From: a virus
Taxonomy: Duplodnaviria > Caudoviricetes
Direction: 5' to 3' (one strand)
Virus record (IMG/VR): IMGVR_UViG_3300043447_000765
Location: 1 to 38,815 of that record
DNA: 38,815 bases
Under the pieces are notes generated by a model. The model worked only from the letters and a program-made list of their open reading frames with translations. It was not told the origin of the DNA and searched no databases. A program made the position numbers and the translations under genes. Below, one piece after another: positions 24,733-32,628 of the stretch (positions are counted from its first letter, which is position 1; every line of letters starts with the position of its first letter).

Positions 24733-26975
24733 CGCTGTTCTCCCCAGTTTGGACCAGATGAAAAATCCGCATCAAATTTGTAACGTTTCCCATCGATTAC
24801 AAACGTTGACGCATTTACTGACTGTAGCAGAAGTTCTCTGCATTTGTCAAGATCCCTCTTGTTTACCGAAAACGTTAGCGAATCGTGGCACTGGACTAGG
24901 AAGATGACGTCCAGTCCTTTGGATAAAGATAAGAAGCGGATGAGGGACTCATTTAAAGCATCAGAAACCGTACAAGGAGGGACGTAGGCGAGCGCTTCGT
25001 GGTCCAGATGATGGTTTATAGGCCCATAAAAGTAACGCACCCGGCCGTGTGGCGTAGTTAGTGTGCGAGTCTTGTAGACCGTTGCCAGGGTTAGCTGGTG
25101 CCAGGCCTTAATAGCGGGATACATAGTGAAATAGGCGTCTATCATCTTTTGAGCATCAACAGGAGACACTATAAGTCCGAGGTCTTTAAAGATGTTTTCG
25201 CTAAACCGTTTAGCACCCATCCCATAGTTTAGGGCGTTATTGGCGGCCTTACCTAGCTTACGCTCGACGCTAGTTTCTTTGTTGTAACCCGGTTCTTTAG
25301 TGATATCTTTTCCGGCGATGGCGCTGGCGGTATGGGCGTGAAGGTCGCCTCCGCTGTCCATGATTTCCAGCATGCTCCACTGGCCCGCGAGCCAACCAAC
25401 GACGTGTGGGTCGGCCTGTTTGAAGTCCATATTTAAGATAACATGGTCTCCGTTTTCAGGAAGCACGATTTTTCGAAAAGCTTTGGGGATGTTCTGAACG
25501 TTACAACCGGTTCCCCAGGGTGTCTGTGAGGAGCTGAAACGGCTGGTTATGGTGCCGACCGGATTAATGCTGAAACGCAGTCGGTTATCAGAGTCGAATG
25601 CGATGGCGCAGTAAGTGCTTAAAATCTTAGCCTGTTCGCGGTGCTCAAGCATTAGGCGATAGAATTGATGCTTATGTTGGGACATTAGTTTCTTTAAAGC
25701 TGTTTCGTCTGTAGTTTCTGCCCATACGTTTCCATTCTTTTTCTTAGGAATCTTGTGGCCGAGTGCGATTATGACCTCTTTTACCTGGTTAGGCGAAGTC
25801 GGGACGAAGGGGGTGGCTACCTTTTTGAATACCGGTACGGGAAGTTTTTTGGCGCTCTTTACGCCTTCCCTTAGTTTAGGGGCGAGCATCGTGTGCATGT
25901 CGGTCCACAGTTCGGGGGCACTCTTTAGGCTTCCCTTGAAGGGGACTAGTTCGAATTCAGGCAGCAGGCCTTTGACCTCTTGCTGAAGGGATGCTTCGAT
26001 CTCGGCTAGGGTTGACTTTGTCAACTCTGTGATGTTGGCGAGGCGATCGTGGTCTATGGGCAGGCCGTGAAAGCTGGACCTGAACAGTATTTGGTGCAAA
26101 GGAACCAGCTGGTTGAGGAAGAGGGCTTTGCGCTGGTTATCTAGCAAACTTATCATTTTGCTATAAAGCATGCCTGTGAAGATGCAGTCGCGGCCGTTGT
26201 AGTTCCAGTGCCCTTCGTTACTGATGCCGCTATTGGTGCCTTTCCAGGGTTCGCAAAACAGATATATGCGGGCAAGGTCGGCGAGACCTTTACCTAGTTC
26301 TGGGCTTAGTAAGTGGGCGAGGGTCATGGTGTCGTGGATTTTGCCAGCCATTTGGATACCGAGTCGGCCCAGGACTTGCATATCGAACATGCCATTTTGG
26401 AGGATCCAGTTGCGAGTCTTGTTCTCTAGGATTTCCGCGATAAGCTTCCACACCTGCGGTTCTTCTATTTCGGACCAATAATTGGCCCCCTCTCGTTCGA
26501 ATGGAAGGACCCATGCGGTTGTTCCGATTGAGAAACCGATACAGGTGAGTTCGTGGGTTTCGCGATGACACTCGATATCGACCACGACCGGATGCGTTGT
26601 AAGGGATGCGGCGAAAGCGGTCAATTCGTCGACGGACTTTATAATGGTAATGACAGGTTGAAGGCGATAACCGAGAAGTTCTTGGCCGCGATCGATGGCA
26701 ATGGCTTTTTCAAGGGCGATGCGAATAAAGAAGCCTTTTTCAGGATCGGAAAACGAATCGGCAGGATTAAAAGTAAATATTGTGGGGAAGCCGTCCATGT
26801 TTTCTAAGACGTAGGTGTGGACGTAACGAATGAATTCCGGTTTTCGACTGCCGACGCGAACGATTACTTTGGTTTCTGGGGTTATGCCGTTGAAGCTATA
26901 GTGGGCCTCTGATAGGTTGAGAGAGGTTAGAAAGCGTTTGATTTGTTCTGGGCGATCGGTGAAGATTGTGATCAT
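24729..26975 (-). CDS. polA: DNA polymerase family A with 3'-5' exonuclease
   Basis: Exo I DIE, Exo II QNGMFD, Exo III YNGRD; GT.TSRFSS, NVQNIP, motif A DFKQAD, motif B RKLGKAANNALNYG, motif C HDS. Confidence 0.95.
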   Translation of the reverse strand: MITIFTDRPEQIKRFLTSLNLSEAHYSFNGITPETKVIVRVGSRKPEFIRYVHTYVLENMDGFPTIFTFNPADSFSDPEKGFFIRIALEKAIAIDRGQELLGYRLQPVITIIKSVDELTAFAASLTTHPVVVDIECHRETHELTCIGFSIGTTAWVLPFEREGANYWSEIEEPQVWKLIAEILENKTRNWILQNGMFDMQVLGRLGIQMAGKIHDTMTLAHLLSPELGKGLADLARIYLFCEPWKGTNSGISNEGHWNYNGRDCIFTGMLYSKMISLLDNQRKALFLNQLVPLHQILFRSSFHGLPIDHDRLANITELTKSTLAEIEASLQQEVKGLLPEFELVPFKGSLKSAPELWTDMHTMLAPKLREGVKSAKKLPVPVFKKVATPFVPTSPNQVKEVIIALGHKIPKKKNGNVWAETTDETALKKLMSQHKHQFYRLMLEHREQAKILSTYCAIAFDSDNRLRFSINPVGTITSRFSSSQTPWGTGCNVQNIPKAFRKIVLPENGDHVILNMDFKQADPHVVGWLAGQWSMLEIMDSGGDLHAHTASAIAGKDITKEPGYNKETSVERKLGKAANNALNYGMGAKRFSENIFKDLGLIVSPVDAQKMIDAYFTMYPAIKAWHQLTLATVYKTRTLTTPHGRVRYFYGPINHHLDHEALAYVPPCTVSDALNESLIRFLSLSKGLDVIFLVQCHDSLTFSVNKRDLDKCRELLLQSVNASTFVIDGKRYKFDADFSSGPNWGEQR

Positions 26976-27232
26976 ACACGCTTTATCTTTCCTTTTAGCA
27001 AAAAATCGTCAATAAGCGTGCGTAGCTCGGTATAAAGACTTGTGGATCTTAACTCTAAATTAAGATCGGTAGGTAGCGCATCGTCTAGCATAATATAGGT
27101 CTCCCAGACAAATGGAAATGACTTTTTTGTATAAGTGGTAAGGCGTTTCGATTTCCCGTTCCAACTTGCAGTTGGAAGATCGGGAATAACCTTCCCAGAA
27201 GTAAACAGGTCTAAAATATTTTTTGATTTCAT
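26972..27232 (-). CDS. Hypothetical protein, paralogue of 27229..27594
   Basis: Shared LPTA.W.G...Y....P...TY..LDD.L motif. Confidence 0.7.
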   Translation of the reverse strand: MKSKNILDLFTSGKVIPDLPTASWNGKSKRLTTYTKKSFPFVWETYIMLDDALPTDLNLELRSTSLYTELRTLIDDFLLKGKIKRV

Positions 27233-27594
27233 GGTTGTCGAACCTCTGCCTTTCTATCTAACACCAGCTCGTTTAGGACGGTTATTAAGTCATTATACAT
27301 GGAACTGTCTTTTAAGTAAATGACGTAGTTTTGATGGAGAGAGTCGTCCAGGAGTTCGTAGGTTTGGGTTGGATACGGATAAGTTGCTTCTGTGTACATA
27401 GAAATCGTGTGCATTTGGCCATACCAGGTAGCTGTAGGAAGTTCGTTGAGAAGCAGGTTGTTTACGCGGTTTTCGAATAGGCTAGCAAGGCTGCTTGCCG
27501 ATGCTTTAGGTGCTGCGTCGCAGTCGGGACAGAAAGAGGTGGTGATTAACCACACTTTGTTTCGTTTGTGTCGATCGCAATAACTGTCTGACAT
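27229..27594 (-). CDS. Hypothetical protein with N-terminal zinc ribbon, paralogue of 26972..27232
   Basis: CDRH...CPDC followed by the shared domain; GGAG RBS. Confidence 0.7.
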   Translation of the reverse strand: MSDSYCDRHKRNKVWLITTSFCPDCDAAPKASASSLASLFENRVNNLLLNELPTATWYGQMHTISMYTEATYPYPTQTYELLDDSLHQNYVIYLKDSSMYNDLITVLNELVLDRKAEVRQP

Positions 27595-27611
27595 CTTCTT
27601 CTCCCTTTAAA

Positions 27612-27803
27612 CTATTTGCGGGTGGCTTTTTTGTTTTTTGGTTCGTACCAGGTCCAATCGCAAATGTTCCAACTATTATACAACTTCCTGAAGGCCTTGC
27701 CATCCGGAACCTTTGTTGCGCGGCGTACGGCCCGATTGGCCGCTTTTTTGGCCCCCTTATCGCTTGACATCTTTACGAAGGGTTTTTTACGTGAGCGACT
27801 CAC
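27612..27803 (-). CDS. Small basic protein
   Basis: MSRSRKKP...ANRAVRR...G..FRKLY.SWNICDW. Confidence 0.7.
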   Translation of the reverse strand: MSRSRKKPFVKMSSDKGAKKAANRAVRRATKVPDGKAFRKLYNSWNICDWTWYEPKNKKATRK

Positions 27804-28371
27804 TTTGTTCCTTTAACAACCGCATGCCTTCGTCTAAGATTATCTTGTTTATATGTCTAACACCTGCGTAATGAGCGGCCTTAGTAGCAGCAACAACAGC
27901 ATTAACACAAGGATCAGTATGTGAATCCATATAAGACCAAGCGTAAGCAACATAGGAAGCAGCGGCACAAGTAGCAAACATAGTGGCATGAGCCGCCTGA
28001 AGGCGAACATAATCATCAATAGTATCCTGACTGTCAGTATCGGCGGCAACACAAGCAATACAGTTCGCAGGATTAACGTCAGGGATGTACCTTATGTTTC
28101 TTTTAGCTGCTTCGAGGGCCTGACGCGGGCCAGGGTCGTTTGGACGTTGTGCTTCATAGATAGGCACAACTAGCTCGGCACTGAATATCGCCCAAGATAC
28201 AGGGCGAGAACCAGTGAGCAATCTAGTTAAGCCCCAGATCGTCCACCAACGTTCACCATCTTCGCGAAGTGCCTTTATGATCTCCGAACAATCTTCGAGA
28301 CCTAAATCGTCAATATAGGTGATAGCTTTTGCACAAAGTTGGTGCTTCTTTTTAAAGTCTGTCCAAGTCAT
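27787..28371 (-). CDS. Imm5-like helical protein with a decayed Ala-rich repeat
   Basis: AE.V.PIYE...PND..PRQALEAAK motif followed by an Ala/Tyr-rich region. Confidence 0.55.
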   Translation of the reverse strand: MTWTDFKKKHQLCAKAITYIDDLGLEDCSEIIKALREDGERWWTIWGLTRLLTGSRPVSWAIFSAELVVPIYEAQRPNDPGPRQALEAAKRNIRYIPDVNPANCIACVAADTDSQDTIDDYVRLQAAHATMFATCAAASYVAYAWSYMDSHTDPCVNAVVAATKAAHYAGVRHINKIILDEGMRLLKEQSESLT

Positions 28372-28376
28372 TTTAG

Positions 28377-28643
28377 TTACTCCTCATATAAAAAGTCGCT
28401 GATGGCTGCGTCTAGGTCGGAGAAGAATTGGATTCGGGTCTCTACTAGATTAGCGAACTGCTTCTTTACTTCTCCGTTCTTTTTGCGCCACTCAGGCTTA
28501 ACTATCAAGTTATCATACTTGCGGACTTTGCGCAACTCATTTTTTAGCCCTTCGAGCTGATGGGCGTATTTGGCTGCCGATTGAGCGGTTTCGTATTCTT
28601 CTTGCTCTTCGGGTAAAGTGAATTCTAATATTGCTTTTGGCAT
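28377..28643 (-). CDS. Hypothetical phage protein
   Basis: MPKAILEFTLPEEQEEYETA start; AAGGA RBS. Confidence 0.7.
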   Translation of the reverse strand: MPKAILEFTLPEEQEEYETAQSAAKYAHQLEGLKNELRKVRKYDNLIVKPEWRKKNGEVKKQFANLVETRIQFFSDLDAAISDFLYEE

Positions 28644-28655
28644 GTTATTTAATCC

Positions 28656-29255
28656 TTATTTTAAACGGGCCGTGCCAACAAAGATATAATATAAGGCGTC
28701 TTCTAAAGGTTTAGGGAGCCTCTGTAAGATGCGAGCGGTGTTATAGGCGTCTGGTAGGGCGCGATGTTGGGGGCCGTAAGTTGGGTCGAACTCTAGGCCC
28801 CAATTTTGAAGGAAACTCCGGAGCCCTTGCGACCGAGGTTTCCGATTGAACAGCGCTTCCGCTAGCAGGGCCATGCTTTTAATGTCTAAGCTCATACCGC
28901 GGAAGGGCCATTTTATCCCTCTCCTTTCGGCTGCTGACCTGAGGTAGCTTATGTCGCTACCCCAGGCCGCTAGCACTATGTTTGTAGTTGGCTTGTGAGC
29001 CCAACCGTGGAGATAGGCGAGTGCGGTTGCTAGTTTGACGCCTTCCCTATCGACCATTTCGTTCGTTATCCCGGTTAGGTTAGTTACATAGGGGTTGACC
29101 GGTGATGAGCCTTTAATGAGACACGAAAAGGTTTCCGGATCTATTGATAGATCACGTTTGACCTTGACGGCCCCGATTTCGAGGATCTCGGCGGACAGGT
29201 CGTCTGGATTGTTTATTTCCAAATCCAAGCTCACTATGTCAAACGGGAATTTCAT
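28656..29255 (-). CDS. DEDDh 3'-5' exonuclease (DnaQ/ERI1-like)
   Basis: LDLE, EILEIGAV, LTGIT, WGSD, HRALPDAYNTA. Confidence 0.92.
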   Translation of the reverse strand: MKFPFDIVSLDLEINNPDDLSAEILEIGAVKVKRDLSIDPETFSCLIKGSSPVNPYVTNLTGITNEMVDREGVKLATALAYLHGWAHKPTTNIVLAAWGSDISYLRSAAERRGIKWPFRGMSLDIKSMALLAEALFNRKPRSQGLRSFLQNWGLEFDPTYGPQHRALPDAYNTARILQRLPKPLEDALYYIFVGTARLK

Positions 29256-29269
29256 AAATTAAAAATCCA

Positions 29270-29617
29270 TTAACCTCGGCAGGTTCTGTGGCCGTGTTTT
29301 TTGCGGTGACAGATGATAATTTTGCCGTCGGCACCGTCGAACACTTCAACTGAAGAGCCGTCTGGGCACTCGATGATGGCGCCTTTTTCGGTGTCGGTTA
29401 CGGTGCAGGGTTCGGCGTCAACACCGGCTGGACCTTGCTCTCCTTGGACGCCTTGTGCGCCGTCTTGACCGTTGATTGCGGTTGGGATGGTTACCGAGGT
29501 GCCTCTTTTTGGACAGCTGATGGTTTGCCCATCTATGAAGCATTCGTCACGCACGTTGCGACCACACGCGGTTTGAATTAGGGCTAATAGGGCAAGAACT
29601 GCTAGTGATTTTTGCAT
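29270..29617 (-). CDS. Lipoprotein with a short collagen-like repeat
   Basis: Signal MQKSLAVLALLALIQTA|C; GQDGAQGVQGEQGPAGVD; Cys-paired beta modules. Confidence 0.75.
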   Translation of the reverse strand: MQKSLAVLALLALIQTACGRNVRDECFIDGQTISCPKRGTSVTIPTAINGQDGAQGVQGEQGPAGVDAEPCTVTDTEKGAIIECPDGSSVEVFDGADGKIIICHRKKHGHRTCRG

Positions 29618-29898
29618 TATTTTTCTCCTTGTATGTTTTTTGCGGACAGATAGTCAAAGTAATCGGTAGCTGAGGCTATTAATTCGGGCAACCGTATGCT
29701 TCCCTCATCGTACTGATTTAATACCCTATTGGCAAGTGTTACGAATATAAACGTATTGTCTGCGACTGCTTGAATTCTTAAATACTCTCTGCCCCCATCG
29801 ATGGCATGACTCTTGCAATCGCATTGGACGAAATCATGTATGTAGGCGGAGAATATAATTGTGTCACATAGTAGACAGTGGAGGCCGCAAATGCTCAT
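29617..29898 (-). CDS. Zinc-binding hypothetical protein
   Basis: C..C...I.S...HDF..C.C....IDGG..YLR pattern. Confidence 0.7.
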   Translation of the reverse strand: MSICGLHCLLCDTIIFSAYIHDFVQCDCKSHAIDGGREYLRIQAVADNTFIFVTLANRVLNQYDEGSIRLPELIASATDYFDYLSAKNIQGEK

Positions 29899-29987
29899 GA
29901 GAACACCGCTAATAGGGCGAGTAAGCTTATAACTATTAGAAATGCGTCAGCTATTTCGCTGTATTTTGGTTGTTGCGGTAGTTGCAT
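29895..29987 (-). CDS. 30-aa single-TM peptide
   Basis: MQLPQQPKYSEIADAFLIVISLLALLAVFS; ATGA overlap with the next gene. Confidence 0.5.
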   Translation of the reverse strand: MQLPQQPKYSEIADAFLIVISLLALLAVFS

Positions 29988-29994
29988 ATATGTA

Positions 29995-30267
29995 TTATAT
30001 CTTTTCTAAATCTATTGTCAAGAGTTTTGATACGCACTTTTTGTGGGCCCACACTCCCCACTTCAACAGGAAGTGGAAATTTTCTCCGTTAAAAGGGATT
30101 AGCTGTTTGCAGCTATAACAGCGCTGTGGGTTGTCTGACATATAATAGTGATAGCGGCATACGCCGCGCTTAAAGATTTCGGTATCCAAACATTTTACTT
30201 CGTAAAAGGGCAGACTTGAAGTTTTTGGCGTACGTAGTTCGTGGATGTGTTTGCAGTGCTTTTTCAT
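29995..30267 (-). CDS. Cys/His-rich zinc-finger protein
   Basis: C.H, C...C..H, C..C, H..C. Confidence 0.6.
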   Translation of the reverse strand: MKKHCKHIHELRTPKTSSLPFYEVKCLDTEIFKRGVCRYHYYMSDNPQRCYSCKQLIPFNGENFHFLLKWGVWAHKKCVSKLLTIDLEKI

Positions 30268-30275
30268 AAAAAATG

Positions 30276-30310
30276 TCAAGCGGGACTTACGCGCTAGGCT
30301 GCCCGCTTGA
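30276..30310 (-). terminator. Hairpin after the SSB gene
   Basis: TCAAGCGGG...CCCGCTTGA inverted repeat followed on the - strand by CATTTTTT. Confidence 0.55.
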
Positions 30311-30318
30311 TCGATGAG

Positions 30319-30795
30319 TTAGGCGCTAATGAAGCTGCCTACTTCGTTCTTGGTTCCGTAGTCGTCAGTCTTTTGTTTCAGATATACGGTCACGGTGCGG
30401 CCCGACAGGCGGAGCTCTTCACCCGATACGATGATCGAGGCGGAAGCTTTACCGTCCGAGAAGTCGCCGGTGCGGTTCCAGGTAGCGCCGACTACGCTCT
30501 CAGGAGCGATGCCGAGGGCTAACAGGAGTTGGGCGAACTGCTTGCGACCGATGTCGTTAGCGTTAAGGTTTGGGAACACCGCTTTACCTTTGCTAGCGTT
30601 GTCGCCTGTGTGCACGAGCATCAGCTGAAGATACTCGTTGCCCGCTTTGCTCAGCTTGGCGACAGGCTCAGCTTTGATTTCCATTACGTATTCGCCTGCA
30701 TCGACGATTGTGCGCTCTGGGAATGAAGCCTGAGCGCGTTTGGCAGTCGCTGCTGCGAGATCTTCGGCGGTGATTGTTGGTGTTAGGTTTGACAT
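30319..30795 (-). CDS. DUF669-like single-stranded DNA-binding protein
   Basis: VDAGEY...SKAGNEYLQL...L.G..V.V......YG.KNEV..F; AGGAGG RBS; downstream of the Sak4-like ATPase. Confidence 0.75.
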   Translation of the reverse strand: MSNLTPTITAEDLAAATAKRAQASFPERTIVDAGEYVMEIKAEPVAKLSKAGNEYLQLMLVHTGDNASKGKAVFPNLNANDIGRKQFAQLLLALGIAPESVVGATWNRTGDFSDGKASASIIVSGEELRLSGRTVTVYLKQKTDDYGTKNEVGSFISA

Positions 30796-30853
30796 GTTTT
30801 GGTTCCTCCTATAGCGCGTAACGCGGCGCTATTTTCGCGGTTGTTTGTTTGTG

Positions 30854-30979
30854 TTAATTGGCTAAGGGTAATGCCATCAGGACCAGCGTCGCCCACAGCC
30901 AAATCGAGAATACTGCTGTAAAAATTGTTACTGCGATAAGTCCGATAAGTATAAAGAAGCTTTTCCATAGTCCGCTCAT
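30854..30979 (-). CDS. 41-aa hydrophobic membrane peptide (absent from the ORF track)
   Basis: MSGLWKSFFILIGLIAVTIFTAVFSIWLWATLVLMALPLAN; AGGAG RBS; ATGA coupling. Confidence 0.6.
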   Translation of the reverse strand: MSGLWKSFFILIGLIAVTIFTAVFSIWLWATLVLMALPLAN

Positions 30980-31077
30980 TTTGCGTCTCCTAAGTCTAAG
31001 GACAATAAGAAGTCCCTAAGTTCGATTAAAGTTTTATCGTCTATAGGAATCTTAACACTTCTGTCCAGCCCAGTCAA
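30976..31077 (-). CDS. 33-aa hypothetical peptide
   Basis: TTG start, TAAGGAG RBS, coupled at both ends; MTGLDRSVKIPIDDKTLIELRDFLLSLDLGDAK. Confidence 0.5.
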   Translation of the reverse strand: MTGLDRSVKIPIDDKTLIELRDFLLSLDLGDAK

Positions 31078-31190
31078 GAAGACATCTCCTTATTTAAGGC
31101 GGCGCTTTTAAGGTCGTAGAAGCGCCCCCAAGTACGGGCTTTTAGTTCGGCGAGCTTGCGCTGTGCTTGTAAGAACTCTAGAAAAGTCAT
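31074..31190 (-). CDS. 38-aa hypothetical peptide
   Basis: GGAGG RBS, ATGA overlap; MTFLEFLQAQRKLAELKARTWGRFYDLKSAALNKEMSS. Confidence 0.55.
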   Translation of the reverse strand: MTFLEFLQAQRKLAELKARTWGRFYDLKSAALNKEMSS

Positions 31191-31921
31191 TTGGCCTCCT
31201 TGACTCGGAAGGCATAGTCGTCGAATATGCTAAGGTCGAATACTGTTGCGACGCCGCTTTTGTCAATAAATTTAGGATCGATGTTGGTGTTGACGGGGAA
31301 GGTGTCGCTGTTCTTTACCTTCACTTGATACTTGCCGAGGTCGTAGGCGAGATAGTGAGAGTCGGTGAACCAGCCGGCGAGCTTGTTGCGAAAACCGCCC
31401 CGACCTGCTTGCCCGTAGCGGACACGCTTGCTGACCTCGTCGGTGGTTTCGTCTATATGACAATTGACGATAATGTTGCAAGGTAGTTGACGGAGTAGGT
31501 TGAAGAAATTTGTTAGCAGATTGTCGATCTTGCCCCACTCGCTGAACTCGGCTTTCTCACCGGTTTCTAGTTTGGCGCCGAGGGCTTTGGTGTAAACTTT
31601 GTCGTTAAGCGCTGTGAAGGTGTCGATGATGACGGTTGCGTATTCGATTTTGTCCTTTAGGGCGACTAGTTCTTTTAGTTTCTTTAAGGCGTCGTCGAAT
31701 GCTTGGCCGCTGAAGTCGTCTACGTCGACGGCGTTTAGATCAGCGCTGAGACCTGAAGGGAGACCGCGGGCGGCTCCGGAGATTTTTCCGTCGAAGTCCA
31801 TTACGTAGACTTTACCGAATCGTGTTGCGGTAAGCGAGCGGGTGGTTTTGCCGTGACCCGACTGCGCTGTTTGGAGAAGCGTGAAGCGGGATAGCTTTAG
31901 GTCGGTAAGTTTTACTGACAT
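31187..31921 (-). CDS. AAA_24/Sak4-like ATPase (single-strand annealing recombinase)
   Basis: SGHGKTT, MDFD, TVIIDTFT, EWG, IIVNCH. Confidence 0.85.
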   Translation of the reverse strand: MSVKLTDLKLSRFTLLQTAQSGHGKTTRSLTATRFGKVYVMDFDGKISGAARGLPSGLSADLNAVDVDDFSGQAFDDALKKLKELVALKDKIEYATVIIDTFTALNDKVYTKALGAKLETGEKAEFSEWGKIDNLLTNFFNLLRQLPCNIIVNCHIDETTDEVSKRVRYGQAGRGGFRNKLAGWFTDSHYLAYDLGKYQVKVKNSDTFPVNTNIDPKFIDKSGVATVFDLSIFDDYAFRVKEAK

Positions 31922-32628
31922 ATGTTTGCTCCGTTTTCGTTTTGTTGGCTGCCGAAGAGGCTTTCTAGTGGACTCATTTCCGTCGCGGTGTAAAAGAAGC
32001 TGTCGACGATTCCGTCAATGAAACCTAGACGGGCTGCTTGCGGGGCTGTGAGCCAGAATTCGTCTGCGCGCAGGTTTTGATATTGCTTAAGGGAGAGGCC
32101 AAGGGCGTTCGCTGTTTGGCGCTCGACTACTTTGATAAAGCGTAGGAGATGAAATAATTGGGTACCGAGTTCTTTCTCGTTTCCCTGAATTCCGGCCGAG
32201 GCTTGGTGGAACATTATTTGGGCGGATTCTAGGGCGAAAGTTTGGTGACAGAAGGCTTGGAGCATGGCGGCCATGCTGAAGGCCCTGCTGATGATAATGC
32301 AAGTGGTTTTGACTTCCCGTTGCTTTAATGCGCGGATGGTGTTTACGAGTTCCATCCCGTCTACGAGGCTGCCGCCACCACTGTTTAGGACCAGGAATTG
32401 GTTTTGCTTTGGTTTGTCGACCGCTATCTTTTGCATGCGAGCAATGATTGGCTTTATCGTGCTGGAGCGGATTGGCTGATCAAGCACTGAGACGGTTTCT
32501 TGATCAACGTTGTCAATTGTTACCCGCAGGATGGGCTTCAGATTCTTGAACGACACTTTGGTCATGTCGGATCCAAAAGCGGTTACTGATGCGAGTAGTA
32601 AGCCTGTTGCGATTATTTTATTCTTCAA
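31912..32628 (-). CDS. ClpP-like (S14) serine protease with an N-terminal signal peptide
   Basis: LNSGGGS, AFSMAAML (Ser), IMFHQAS (His), DEFWLTA..A..LGFIDGI; likely TTG start 32628 giving MKNKIIATGLLLASVTAFG. Confidence 0.85.
   Translation of the reverse strand: MKNKIIATGLLLASVTAFGSDMTKVSFKNLKPILRVTIDNVDQETVSVLDQPIRSSTIKPIIARMQKIAVDKPKQNQFLVLNSGGGSLVDGMELVNTIRALKQREVKTTCIIISRAFSMAAMLQAFCHQTFALESAQIMFHQASAGIQGNEKELGTQLFHLLRFIKVVERQTANALGLSLKQYQNLRADEFWLTAPQAARLGFIDGIVDSFFYTATEMSPLESLFGSQQNENGANICQ

Noticed and set aside
30783-30968. 61-aa ORF from the track
   Set aside because: The overlapping frame 30854..30979 has a proper RBS, ATGA coupling and a coherent TM sequence; the track ORF runs through the SSB leader
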